A stretch of 55,054 nucleotides of DNA, the filler included, from Sphacelaria rigidula (taxonomy: Eukaryota): NCBI GenBank assembly GCA_964200075.2. It is 6 parts of 6 records of this genome, joined end to end, with 100 filler letters (N's around TTAATTAATTAA, not from the genome) between each part and the next. Parts side by side here need not be neighbours in the genome. Positions count along the whole stretch, not along the records: positions 36,771 to 45,862 come from CAXNAA020009321.1; positions 45,963 to 55,054 come from CAXNAA020009322.1; 4 more parts are not named here. One strand, written 5' to 3'. Each line of letters starts with the position of its first letter. Positions within the stretch are counted from its first letter, which is position 1. Below, one piece after another: positions 37,220 through 49,680 of the stretch. The translations under genes and the position numbers were made by a program. Below the pieces are notes generated by a model that worked only from the letters and a program-made list of their open reading frames with translations, had not been told where the DNA came from and did no database searches.

Positions 37220-37320
37220 CTGTGACGGTTTAAGAGACTACCAACTAGACTACTGACAAGTCTGACCAGTCAGCGCTGACTTGTCAGTAGTCTAGTTGGT
37301 AGTCTCTTAAACCGTCACAG
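37220..37320. repeat. Perfect hairpin, 43-bp arms, 15-nt loop (fold-back copy 2)
   Basis: 37220-37262 is the exact reverse complement of 37278-37320; same sequence family as 37065-37154. Confidence 0.95.
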
Positions 37321-39175
37321 GTCGTGGTTTGGGAGCGTCTATATCGCACAGCGCTGTATTCTCAGCTGTATCTATCTGAGGCGTCGTCAGCACAACGGCC
37401 TCATCCGCAACACCACCGCGTATCCCGCGGAAATTGCTGTACTTTACTCTGCGCTGTACTTATCGGCTATGACACGGGTACGTGCGTGGCAACGGCTTGG
37501 TCGGCCCAGACCCATAGGCGACGAAAAAGTCATGGGGCATGTAAACTCCTAGTTGAGGGAAATCATTGTTCTGGGGTTGAGACTCATATTTGTGTCTGAC
37601 GCTTTGACCGCGAGGGTAGGTCACCTGCTGAATGGGCATCAATATTCACTTGAGAAAGGTATGCGTGATCTTTCTGGATCATGCATACTTTTTTTCATTT
37701 GAAATTGATGCCGATTCAACAGAAGACTAACCTCGCGGTCTAAGGGTGAACCTCGTTTATGAGGATCCTCTCTGTTTTGTTCACGTCACTATCTATGTTG
37801 AAGAGTTCAGAAAAAAAGCTATTCTGATTGAAGACATAACGCATACATCAAAACAGCTGCTAATCCCCCTCGATCGCGTGGAAACTGTCTCAGCGTCTTT
37901 TACAGACTATGTAATGATGCAAGCCCACGGCGCTGAGCGAAGGCGTTATTTTACCCTGCTTTTTGGGGGGCTATGAATTTTTCGGGGTTTGACGCTTTCG
38001 CTCACCGCTGTGAGATTAGAAAGTCGGTGAAGGGCACTGAAATAGTTTTCACGGGATCGAGGGGCATTAGTTCGACGAAAAAGTAATTGGGGATAATTCC
38101 TTTAGTTTCGGGAAAAAAGTTAGTGGGGATAATTTTTGACCCACACGGTTTATTTTCTCCGTTTGCTCTACCTTTCTTTGTTCGCTTTTCTGTTTCTCGA
38201 CTTTCCTTTGGTGAGTGTTTCCATTTCGTTTACCTTGGATTCGTCCATCCTGTGGATAAAATGACCACGCAGCTGAATCCCTCGGGGATCAATTCCACGA
38301 ATACTAGCTAATTTCCATGGAATAGCTCAGAGTAGCATATCTCCACCCTGTCCCTTGAAGGACTGGCGTCGGCTGGCAATGGTGCTGTAAAACACGCCAC
38401 TTACTTTGTAAGCTAGGCAACCAGGTTACCCCTTTTCTATTCGCTTGCGTTTTTTTTGCGACAACCATGATGACGTGATGGCGGTTGAGGTAAATCATCT
38501 TTTGCGAGGTGAAGAAGCTCAACTCCCTGCCAAGGAATAAATCGTACTACGTAGTGGTTAAATGATGAAACATCCGTCAGGCAGTGTTACCTGTGGCTGT
38601 CTCTGGAGGTGGCGATACCGGAAAATGAAGTAACTCATTCGAGGTTGTCATTCACATGCAAGATGATCAATACGCTTCGGGCCGAACAACCTCAGCAGGG
38701 TGCAGCTCACCTTTCAGACGACTCGCCGAACACATCACCGCGCTTCGCGCTTGGTGATTGATTTCGAGCCTGGTCGGGCGAAAACCCGGCGTGCTCCGTC
38801 CCGTCTTTGTAGGGATGCGAGGTCAATGGTCTTATGAATACAGAACACAAGTTTATGGGTAGCCCCCCCCCCCCCCCCCCCCCCCCCCCCCCACCTAACG
38901 GCGATCCTCCGCCCCCCCCCCGGGGCGCTCCCTCTAATCGCCNNNNNNNNNNGGGGGGCTCCGTCCCCTCTTTGTAGGGAGGCGGGGTCACCGGGTTTAT
39001 GAATACAGAACACAAGTTTGGGGGGGGCCCCCCCCCCCCCCCCATCCCCGTCCTGCAAAATATGGTAATCTGTCTCACCGCACGGGTGGACTCTATGTTC
39101 TTAACCTTCCCCTGGCTCTTCCCTTTGCCATCGGACATATGTGGCACACTTGGCACCCCTTGGAACTTGGCGAAG

Positions 39176-39221
39176 ACCGAGATATGCCGGCACTGGCTGA
39201 CTGGCTCCTGCCCTTTTGGTG
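39176..39221 (+). CDS. Tandem CCCH zinc-finger protein, exon (finger 1, first half)
   Basis: (K)TEICRHWLTGSCPFG|gtgagt; KTEIC lead-in typical of TIS11/TTP-type fingers; acceptor position uncertain. Confidence 0.8.
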
Positions 39222-39884
39222 GTGAGTCAAACCTCGGGTACTTGCTTCTGTAGTCTCGTATTCGCGTATGGTGGTTGTGGCCGTCCTCCGCAGCCGAATG
39301 CTATCTGTACCATATCGTACTGTACTGTGTATCTATCGTATAAGGGTTTTTGCGGCATTTTTGCATCCGTTCGATGTACGTGCAAATACCACGAAGGTAG
39401 CACCTCCGCGTACTCCACAGCATCTACTGGAATTGATTACGCGTAGTTTTAAGGTTGCACGTGCGATAATGAAGTTTATTCCCGATCTATGGCAATGTTC
39501 TCCGTGGCGCAATGAAAATTTCACATGCATTCCCGACGAGGTGCTCGCGCGCTGTTTCACCGCACCCACCCACCCGACCGAAATCCCAACATCGAACATT
39601 TTTTAAGGTCTCTCGCCATCACCCCCCCCCCCCCCCCCCCCCCCCCGCCGCCCCCCCCCCCGGGCCCCTCCTTCCCCCCCCCGCCCCCCCTACCCNNNNN
39701 NNNNNCTCCTCCCCTCCCTAATTCCCCCCTTTTATTTTTTTTTTTTTTTTCTCCCCCTCCCCCCCCCCCCCCCCCTCGCCCCCGCGTGCCGCCCCGGTCG
39801 GTGCCCTTCTTCGCCGTACCGCATCGAAATACCATCTGCTGCATGATACCGCTGGGTTTGTATCACCATTATGGCGGTGTTCAG

Positions 39885-39942
39885 CGAAATGCGCCTTCGC
39901 ACACGGGGCCAACGAACTCAGGGGCCATGCCTACAATGACAT
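39885..39942 (+). CDS. Tandem CCCH zinc-finger protein, exon (finger 1, second half)
   Basis: ttcag|(A)KCAFAHGANELRGHAYND|gtgagc; phase 1-2, completes C-x7-C-x5-C-x3-H. Confidence 0.85.
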
Positions 39943-40500
39943 GTGAGCCATATATAGTTTTTCTTATGCTCTCGGTGAGCCGAACCTCTACAACATCCGC
40001 TGCGCTGCCCTATCATTGCCATGTCTAAAGACAGGCATAGGCGTCTCTACCCCCTCGCCCCGCGCCCCACCCGGTCGCCGCTTTGCCTGGGAAGGGATTT
40101 CCTCCACAACCCGTAGTTATCGTAACTAGTCTCGCGCATGCACTTCCTTTCGAAAGCACTTGAAGCTCAAGCTCAATTCTCGGTTCCTTCTGAGCTCAGG
40201 TCCAGAGTCAAAATAATAGTGGGGGTGCTGTCCGACCAGTCGGTCGGGCGAAGAATTCGGCCCATGTGGTATTCAAAAACGCTTTGTTGCAATGATTTTG
40301 CTCGTTCTCGTAGTGTTCACGCATAGATGGCACCATTCATTCCAAAACGAAGAAACGGGGGGCTCGGAAGACACCTCAACAGACTGCTCGAGGTATTGCC
40401 TGGATAGCATGCGACTGGTGGTACACGCACTTATTTCCCCCCCCCCTCCTTCACTTGTCACCTGCTCACTAGTAATCGTTGACGTGACATATGGGTATAT

Positions 40501-41257
40501 CACTCTGCTCAGAAATATAGCGAGCATTTGGGTATTCGAAAATATAACGAATATTTGGCGATTCTTCCCCTAGATCGAGCGTACTATGTTGAAAAAAATT
40601 CAAAACGATGCAAAAGTGATTGGAGGATGGTCCAAATACATCCCCTGGGGGATAGGGGATGGTTACATTGCATCCCCGGGGTTTTGCAATTTTTGCGTGA
40701 ACTGCCGTTACTTTTTGTGAAATTATGATCAGAAGCTCCTTCTTGCCGTCACTCGCTACGCCCCGAACCCAGCCACGATGCCGTTTACTACGCAAGCTTG
40801 GACCGGCGATCCAGCGTCCTTCTGCTCCTTGTATCGTTTCCACACGGTCGAAACTTGACTGCGCGAGCAACCAAACTGCTGCGCGACTTGCTTGATGTCT
40901 CCATGGGCCAACTTGCCGCTTTTGCTGCCCTCGAGGAGCTCCTCGATCAAAGCACGTCTCTCATTTCCATTCCGATTTTTCTGCTTACCGTCCCAGCAGC
41001 GCGTCCAGCAACTGACATGGTGAACAGGCTACCGGAAGACAGTTCACCGGAGATATTGTTTTTCGAGCTCTGAGTGCCTCTGGTTCGGATGCTGTTGTGG
41101 ACATATGTTGGGTATCATGTCGAGAAAATAAAAGGTTCTGACAGTCTCGCTGGAGGACCCCGAAAACGATGCAAAAAACCCTCGAAACAAATTAGAAACA
41201 AATGCGGGAGTTGTTGAGTCGCAGATCCAAGTGCTCGTTATTTTTCCAAGCAGAGTG
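40501..41257 (-). mobile_element. Non-autonomous Tc1/mariner deletion derivative retaining the transposase N-terminal HTH
   Basis: Imperfect ~31-bp TIRs (CACTCTGCTCAGAAATATAGCGAGCATTTGG / CCAAGTGCTCGTTATTTTTCCAAGCAGAGTG). Internal ERRALIEELLEGSKSGKLAHGDIKQVAQQFGCSRSQVSTVWKRY resembles plant/oomycete mariner N-termini. No DDD core. Confidence 0.7.
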
Positions 41258-41296
41258 GTGCGTCTTTTTGTCACTATATTCTGTGCAATTTTCCAG

Positions 41297-41375
41297 GGAT
41301 CGAGCTGCCCGGGCCCAGCAGAGCGGTCAGAGGATATCCTCCGTGGCGGAAGAGGCCCGGCTTCAACCTTGCATG
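41297..41375 (+). CDS. Tandem CCCH zinc-finger protein, linker exon
   Basis: ttccag|(M)DRAARAQQSGQRISSVAEEARLQPCM|gtgaga; phase 2-0 fits both neighbours and supplies the first Cys of finger 2. Confidence 0.75.
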
Positions 41376-42410
41376 GTGAGAATGCAAGCGATGACGGTAT
41401 TTTTGTGTCAGTGAACATTTTGTTTTCAGTGAACATTTTGTTTGCTCGGTTTTATTCCATCCTGCACAAAAGAAGTTTTCCGCTGCAGACACGAAGTTTA
41501 GAAGTGAAGAGCGGTGATACGCCGGCAACCCATACCTGCTTGCAATGAGTGCCATATCTGCCCATGGTAGACAAGAGCAAACCCGTGACACAAACAAACG
41601 TCCACGCAGATGTGGTTGGTGTATGCTATGATTTTTTTAAAATCTCGGGACGGTGATGCGGACCGTGAGATATACCTTGTCCTTTTCTCGTGGGTATCTA
41701 GTACTGGAGTTCAGCTGCGAGGCGGGGGTGGAACGCAGTTCTCTCATCGCACCATAAGTACGGGTCGACCATTTGGGAAAATTGTTGGGAGTCTCGTCTA
41801 TTTAACGTGGTCGTATAAGCAGTACTTGTGATCCTGGCCCACTCTACGCCGAGGCGAATCTTGAGCCACAAAAAAAAATGACGTACGCAACACCACGGGC
41901 TACTGTAGAAGCACAGGCCGGACACAAAACTGCGCTCTTGACCTACCGTAATGATTAGCACGGTGCGCACTCGACCATGCCATTGCGCCAAGCTATAGAG
42001 AAGCTTCGCTTGCTTGCTTGCGTGCTTGCTGCAACATGTGGATAACCCCTGATCGTTTGTGTGCGTGAAACGCGGGCAATACATCGATAGATTGTGCACA
42101 ATGGGTTTTGAACCGCGACGACAAACACTGGCGCTTGGTAAAACCGAAGCGATGTTCCCCACCACACCGTTTGATGGAACCCGTAATGTGTTGTGATGTA
42201 CTGTGTGCCCATATAGTAGTACGATGTTGAGACATATCGCACCGGGGGAAAAACACATGCCATTTGACCCGCCATATTATATTTACGTGTCAGCGGCTTC
42301 CGTATGCATGCATTTGCCGTGCTTGTTTGACTGTATGTCCGCGTTTCCCTCTCCTCGCTGTTCGTCGGACAACGGGTATGCTATCGGTTCGGCTCTCCCG
42401 TCTCCGCTAG

Positions 42411-42448
42411 ACCTGGGTGTCGACTGGTTCTTGCCCTCGCGAGTCAAG
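42411..42448 (+). CDS. Tandem CCCH zinc-finger protein, micro-exon (finger 2)
   Basis: ctag|TWVSTGSCPRES|gtgaag; gives CMTWVSTGSC (C-x8-C). Confidence 0.75.
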
Positions 42449-43299
42449 GTGAAGAATTGAACGTTTTCCTTCCTGCACTTTTTTTTTTCCCGTTCTACCG
42501 TTTCTCGTTTTTGATTGCTGTTTCATACTGCAACAGTGTTCGCGCCTCGCTCCTGCATAGCTCGTGGGTGAGAGGTCACACCCGAAGTAGTGTGGTTCTC
42601 AGATCACTGAGCCGCAACCTGCTTGCACAACTTTTTTTTGTTTTTGTTTGCGTTTACATGTTGTTTGTTTTTGTGCGGCTTCCTTACCGGATGTCATGCT
42701 CCAGGGGCCAGCCAAATCATCATCATTTTTCGTCTATTACGTTTTTACCCTTCCTTATCGTGTCCTTTCCCTTCCCTGCCTTTCCTTCTTCTCGTTGGGG
42801 TCTCGCTCTTGTTCATTTTCGTCCGTTTTGTTTCATGATCCCTTCTTTACCCTCCCTCTTTCTCGAGCTTTCTCTAGCGAATGTTTTGTCTTTTTTATTT
42901 TGAGTATGTCTACTATTGTGACCATGGTTGGATCAGTTGGTGTTAAATTAAATGTTGGACACTTGATCAAATGAACTGATCGATATATTTTTTGCCACGT
43001 CCTTCCTGGGTTTGTTTCCGCTTGACCCCACGTGATTATTTAGTGCTCGTGCTTCAGCCCGCTGTCAGGTGTCTGTTTGCTGCGAAGGGCCTATGCTGTT
43101 ACGAATGTTACTCTTTCACTAAACGAAGGAGTAAAAGAGCAGGGCAATTAGGAGGATGCACCTCATGACAACTACTGTAGTACACCGTTGCACACACGTA
43201 TCTACACAAAACATGAATCTCCGGATTCAGCAGCGTGCTCCTCTCCAAACACCCCCCGCCCCCCCGTATCCCCTGTCTGCCGATGCTGCACGTGATGAG

Positions 43300-43513
43300 C
43301 CGCTGCCCTTTCTTCCACGACCCGCAGCTGCGCGTGTCTCACGACGCTTGGTTTCAGGGACGCAATTGTTTCACCCCGTCATCTCCGCCTCGTGATCGCG
43401 GCGCCCCCCGCGGCCGTCCGGGCGGTGATGGGCTGGACAGCTTCGGGCTTGACCAGGACTGGCTGGGAAAGCAGCAACAGCAGAGGTGTGCGGGCGAAGG
43501 AGACTTTTACCAG
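43300..43513 (+). CDS. Tandem CCCH zinc-finger protein, exon (end of finger 2)
   Basis: (S)RCPFFHDPQLRVSHDAW...GDFYQ|gtcagt; phase-2 start requires a weak GAG acceptor. Confidence 0.65.
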
Positions 43514-44516
43514 GTCAGTATCCCTCACTCAAGGTGCCTGGGCTAGGGTTGGGGCTAGATCTGGGAGGGCATAGGGTTAGGGGTATGCTTGTAATACTGT
43601 CAAAGTAGTCTCAGGTCTTGTTTCTCGACTGTTCCGTATTCTAATATGTTTTGTTCGGTATTTCTAGCCCCTTTTAACCGTTCGGTATTTGGAAGGCTTT
43701 CCCGCCTACGCCTGGCGAAGTGATCGCTGCCCGCCACGAACTTTTTCCTCCGTGGATTGATCAAGCCCCCGAGCCCACCCCGTTCCCCCTCCCGTTTTCT
43801 ATCCCCATTTCTCTCCCCCCCCCTGCGCGCGCGACCAACAGCAGGGCCGAGCGTCAACCATTCCGTCAGAAGTTAGGCTCTTGGAGTCTCCGATGTTTGC
43901 TACCAATGCCCAGAGGGACCGGTGCGTTGTCGTGGCACAAACGGGACAAAAAATATATGCTTCGTGTTTGGTCGGGAGATCGTGAAATGCGCTTCATAAG
44001 AAATTCGTGCGCATCCTCATGTACCTGCTTCGTCGAATCTCGTTGGTGTGCACAATGTGCGTGTGTCACGACCATACCTCGCGAATTGGCATCCCTGCGC
44101 TATTGTATGCTCTCACCTGGATGATTGGCTCAGTTGTTTCTGCAACAGTTTTTCTCCACGGAGCTTCAGCGAGTGAGGGTCCGGTAGCTCGCGCTGGAAG
44201 CCCCCGAGTGATCTAAAACTCTGTGTGATACACCGTAGCGTCATTTACCCGAACTGATATCCCCCCCGCGCATTCTGACGGTGCTCCGTCTTGAAAGGGA
44301 TGCGTGGTCAATGGTCAAATGACTAAGGCAAGCAACAAATGAGTACGCCCCCCCGCCCACGCACACACCCCGCCGCCCCCCTCGCGCCCCGCCCCATTCT
44401 CCTCCCCCCTTGTCCTCCGCCTTCCACCAAATCTCACTTATACCGCGCTTTCTTGTCCGCCGTTTCTCCTACTTCGTGACAACAAACCCATCGGAAAAAA
44501 CAAAAACGTGTCACAG

Positions 44517-45229
44517 GGTGCTCGCTTCCCTATGGAAATCGTTGACCGCCGCCCTGGAGAACGAGCGCATGGACCACGATGATCGTCTACCCTCCGCCGG
44601 TACCGAGGGGAGAACGACTCACAACCTCCGCCCCGATGAAAACTATAACACCGATGAAAACTATAGCATGCGTCCAACCGTAGCAGCAGCAGCAACAGGG
44701 GCAGCAGCAGGGGCAACAACGATTCGCAGCGGAATGGGCACAGCACCACCGCTAAACGAGATCGATATCAACTCATTACCCCTGCCCGAAAACGAACGTC
44801 GCCCGCCCATCGCGGAAACCCCAACAGCGACTTTCGCCAAAGATGGCGTCTCCTGGGCGACGGTGGCTCGGGGTAAACCTGACTCGCGGTGTGTGGATGA
44901 TGAGGCTTGCCGCAGTGGGGGTCACGAGTCCGTTACCGCTGCCGCTGCCGCAGGGTCTCGTGGTAGAGGTCGAGCCGCAGCGGGTGGTGAGGGGCGGCGT
45001 CATGTCGACCAGAGCCGTCGCCTGGAGACGTTTGTTGTCATCAGCCAAGGTTCCTCGGCAGCAGCCGGAAGCGTTGGAGGTGGTGACGGGCGAGGCGGTC
45101 GTGGCTGCGGCGAGCGGGGAGGTGAGGGGACAACACACTTACCGGCCTCCTCTTCTGCGTCCAGCTCTTCTTGCTCTTCCGTTTCGGAGGAGTACGTGTC
45201 GACTTCGAACCACAGCCTTCACATAGACG
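44517..45229 (+). CDS. Probable downstream low-complexity exon of the CCCH gene, with RRLETFVVIS motif
   Basis: Core of the 288-aa ORF, GC-rich, cacag acceptor and ACG|gtgcgt donor. The phase does not join directly to 43513, so an intervening exon or a different acceptor is needed. Confidence 0.65.
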
Positions 45230-45862
45230 GTGCGTGCTTTGTTCTATTTGTGCCCTTGGGGCACTTTCATGGCTAGGCTGACCATATTCTTGAAGCAGCA
45301 ATCTGCATTAAATATGACACGCGAACACTCAACTGAAAATTCAGCAGGGAGGCAAGCTAGTGAATCTTCTCACTTGTTCAGCGCGTCGTGATCCGTCCGC
45401 GATCAATGGATGCGGTGAATAGCATCCCCCCTCCGGAAGCGCGTTTGAAGCGGGGATGAAAAGATTCAAAACCCCTAGGAGGGGCGGATCTCAAACCAAT
45501 AGGGTAGAGGGGTGTAAACTACACGTAGTTTATGTAAAGTAGAGTATATTCACTGGGGTATTCTGGATTTTGAGGGTATTTTGGAGCACTCAGTACTCCA
45601 GGGTACCCAGGTATCTAAAAAAAGCAAAAAATACTCAGTATTCTAGGGTATCCAGGGTTTCGACAACCCTAAATTCTCTACTCTGTACTCTATCCTACCC
45701 TAACCGCGTGTGGTGTAAACATGCGAGTGATATATTGGACGTCCGCCTTCAATCGGGGAAAAACATCGGATGACATCCCCCTCTCGAGACGAGGGTCTCG
45801 GGGCAAGAGGTGTATTGATTTCATACGGGGGGGGGGGGGGGGGGGGGATTCATTATTCTGGA

Positions 45863-45962
45863 NNNNNNNNNNNNNNNNNNNNNNNNNNNNNNNNNNNNNN
45901 NNNNNNTTAATTAATTAANNNNNNNNNNNNNNNNNNNNNNNNNNNNNNNNNNNNNNNNNNNN
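45863..45962. other. Artificial contig spacer
   Basis: 44N-TTAATTAATTAA-44N. Confidence 0.99.
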
Positions 45963-46711
45963 TGATCATGAATACACCCCTCCCCCCTTGACACCTTTCA
46001 CCAGAGGAAGCTGGGAATTCAGATTTTGACTTGCTTTACTTGAATCACCGCAGAAATGCGTCTATGCGGAAACTCGAAGGTAGGTGCACATCGGCGGCTC
46101 TACATACAACCAATCTTACGCGCCACTTGACCCTGCGAGGGCTGCGCCGTGACGGGAGATGAGCAGCGGAAAGCACCGGGAGTTAAATCGTAAAGTTGAC
46201 GCCGACATATATCTTCGACGGGCCTCAAGAGTAGAGGAAATCAAAACGGTAAACGGCTTGAGCCCGCCCCACTTACAACCGTACTGCTGCCGGCCCCAAC
46301 TCCGGGAATGATACTTCGTGCGCGCGAAACCTGCTATGGGATGCCGTTTTACGTCACCGAAGATATCACACCCTCCAGCAGGATCTGCTCGGTACTTGTA
46401 TACATACATACACATACATGACACGCCACGGGCATTACACAAAACTAAGCTAACTTGCCGCTACCTACGTACGTCGAACACATTGAGCAACTATCCACTA
46501 TAGTCTGACCCCACGCGATTCTCCCTCAGGCGGGCGGCGGCGGCGGGGGGGGGGGGGGGGGGGGGGGGGGGTGCGCGGGGGAAAACCCCCCCGGGCTTTT
46601 TTTTCCTCGATTTGCCCCCCCTCCGGGAAAGACAAAAANNNNNNNNNNGTGTGAGGCGACGCGCTCAGTGCATCTGGTCTGTTTGGGGGCCGGTTGTTGC
46701 TGGGGGGGGGG

Positions 46712-46752
<41 letters not shown>

Positions 46753-47913
46753 AGATGCTTGCTCAGGGAAACCACTCGAAGCGCTTGTTCTTCCAAGATC
46801 TGCACCTCTACGGAGATATGCAATAAATTGTATCAAGACAGACTCAGCAGACACGTGGTGCTGAGGCTTTTTTTCACGATACACACTTGACTGATTGTGT
46901 GACGACTCTCCCATCCGATATTTTCCCTAGAGGTACCAAAAACGTCAGAACCATGAGTTCGGAGGTAGTGCAGTAAACCTTTGAGGTTCACTACGGAGCC
47001 TCTCACGTACTCTCGCTACAAATAATCGCTGAAACAAGGGCAATCATCACCAATCTTGCGGGCATTTACGGCAGATATGCCGTGGGTAGTCTCATCGACT
47101 CTTTTTCACCCCCTCCTTATTTTTATTTGTTTCAGGTACGGCATGCACACACACATATATATATATATATACTGGCAACAGGAACAAGACACAAGACACA
47201 AGACACAAGTCACTTCTTTTATCGAGACATCGGTCGGTAACCTCTCGAGCGCGAGATACTAAAGGTAGACCCCCAGATCGACCAATCGGTACACAAAACA
47301 GTTGAAAAATAGCTGCCTTTCCATTACTCACGCCTCCATACTACACGTGGGAACAATAGCCGAGGGATCTCGAGCAATACGAGTATGCCGTCATTTGGCG
47401 AGTGGGGGCGTGCTTGCCTACAGAAAGGATCTGCTCAGCCACAGGCGTTGTTCCGAAAGGCGGCCTGGCTTCCGACAGAAAAATAATTTGGCATGTTGTT
47501 ATATCCCCCGTCTATGCCCTCCTCTTTAAATATAAAAACGCCTCCACAGAATCGCGCGCCAGCAGCATTTCTATACTGTCCTGCTTGGCAGCCGCAACAT
47601 TTTGACAACAATTCTGCCATTTTGGGGACATCCGTTAAAAAATACGATCACAATCATAGGGAACAGAAAACCTGTAAGTTTGGCCCCCGATATTCTTCAA
47701 CGCGAAAATCTCCGAACCAACTCAAAGCCAAGCGTAAAAATCGTACCATCTTCCACCAAAATAAAAACGCCCCACTCCCGGTGACACACACCCATACAAC
47801 AAAAAGTAGGTAGCACGTACTGGGTGAAATACTGCTCCGTCACTTCCTCTTATCCTCTCGACGGTTTAGCTTGTGAACTCACATTTCTTCGATTCTTATT
47901 CGAACCCACTGAT

Positions 47914-47980
47914 CAACAGCAACAACGACAACGACAACGACAACAACAACAACAACGACAACGACAACGACAACGACAAG
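47914..47980. repeat. Microsatellite (CAACGA/CAA)n
   Basis: Visible directly. Confidence 0.95.
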
Positions 47981-48673
47981 AAAAGCGCAAAACTCTTGAG
48001 ATGCGGTGTACAGTAGTAGACAGACGGACGTACTCGACACGGGTGATCGTTCATGTACTTGTGCCCTCCCATATACAAGCGACTTTATCGTCCCCTGCCC
48101 AAACCATGGTTCAGCGAAAATAACAATCATTTTCCATCCTCGAAATATTTTCTACTTGTTACCACGTTACACAACCCCCATGAAATTGCACCACACCCGG
48201 AACTAGCTGCACATATACAACGTATGTACGCCTACCTCAAGCTTCAAGCTTCCCTTCAACCTTTGACACTGTGGTTATTGTTGAAACTTATAAGTGGAAT
48301 TAAGAAAAAGAATAAAAGTACGCTACAATTAAACATGAAATCCATTATGAGATCAACCCAACAAACTCGAAGGTTGGTCGCTTGATCGGTGGGTTGGCTG
48401 GACCGCGGAAAACTCTCAAGTGGTAAATCACGTAAAGCCTTTTGTCAAAAGTCATCACACCGCCTCGATCACAACTAATTTTCCTTCAACTTAACAGCGT
48501 TCATAGGGCAACAAGAAATAAATGAGAGCATTGACTACGAAACTAAACATTGCAAAATACGGTACGACCTAATGGAGAAAAAAACGAAAATGACTGGAAT
48601 AAATAAATAAAAACAAATTACAAGACGAAAAACAAACGCTTTTACAACCTATAAAAAGGTGTCATTGGCGCGC

Positions 48674-48734
48674 CTGCACTTCGAATTCCTGCGGGGCGTT
48701 CTGCGGTGGGCCAACGGCTTCTGCAACGTTCGCG
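48674..48734 (-). CDS. Possible exon following the transmembrane exon
   Basis: ttctccag|(S)ANVAEAVGPPQNAPQEFEVQ; phase 2 matches the 50295 donor; ends at a GC donor or reads on to ARQ-stop. Confidence 0.35.
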
Positions 48735-49404
48735 CTGGAGAATGACCAACAACAAAGGAAAACACCCACACGATTGAACAGAGAGGAGGGGAGAGGATAC
48801 GGGGACGGGGGACGGGGAGGATTAGGGAAAGGATGCACTCAACTGGCGTTGCTCAATCTACAGAGTGCATGATAATGGAGCAGAAGCACGCCGCTCACAT
48901 ATGGCAAAAAAAGAATAAAATCGAACACCGCTTCGAGTAAAAATTGCCGTGTGCGTGTGTGTGCGCCATGCTCAGGGACAACACAGTTGACCTCTGGATA
49001 ATGGCCATGATGACTGTAACACCATGGGATAACGACTGACAAAGGGCAACACGATATGCGCGAATGGGGGAAGGGGCGGGGGGCGAAACTTCAGGCAAAT
49101 AATTTTTGTACCACATTTTTTTGTTAGCGGTGGTGACGAGTGATACGATATTTTGTTCTTCGCCACATCACCAGGACGAGCCGCCACCCTTCACCATGTT
49201 CCAGGACACAGTTAACAGTTAACGCAAGCTCGTCTCATGGACCAGGTACCTTCATCAGCACATGAAAGCTATCATGTTGGTGTGTTTGACAGCAAAATAG
49301 ATAGGGACGGAGAGCAAAAAAGAGATAACACAGGGGGGGAAAAACATGGAGTAAAATCCGTCACTCGTAGATTCATGTAGATATATGTCTCCCGCCTCTT
49401 ACTG

Positions 49405-49680
49405 TTACGAGGTGAATCAAGCGTACATGTATCTCTCCTTTCACCCATGCAGCATGGATCATCGGCACGCGTTCTGCACCTTCCACTCATACGAGATGTA
49501 TCACGCGTACATGTTTCTCAATTTCCGTTTATGCTCCATGAATCATACCTACATGTTCTCCGCCTTTCATCCGCACGAGGTGAATCAAGCGTACATATTT
49601 CTCAATCTCCGTTTATGGAGTATGACTCATACATGTTCCCCATGTTCCATTCATACGAGATGAATCAAGTGTACACGCTT
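49405..49680 (+). repeat. Diverged minisatellite, ~84 bp x3.3
   Basis: ACGAG.TG.ATCA.G.GTACA at ~49407, 49491, 49575 and 49655. Confidence 0.8.

Noticed and set aside
38790..39050. Tandem duplication across a 10-N gap
   Set aside because: The second copy is a G/C-biased degraded version beside homopolymers, typical of low-quality read ends. Similar artefacts occur at 39620-39780 and 46540-46750.
42457..42974. Hydrophobic Phe/Leu-rich ORFs as membrane proteins
   Set aside because: T-rich intron sequence within the CCCH gene.
23768..45229. Functional cluster of IFT80, CCCH and Cx9C genes
   Set aside because: They lie on separate, artificially joined contigs.
9139..45918. Periodic TTAATTAATTAA palindromes as a biological signal
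   Set aside because: They are embedded in N runs and are a standard six-frame stop linker added during assembly.
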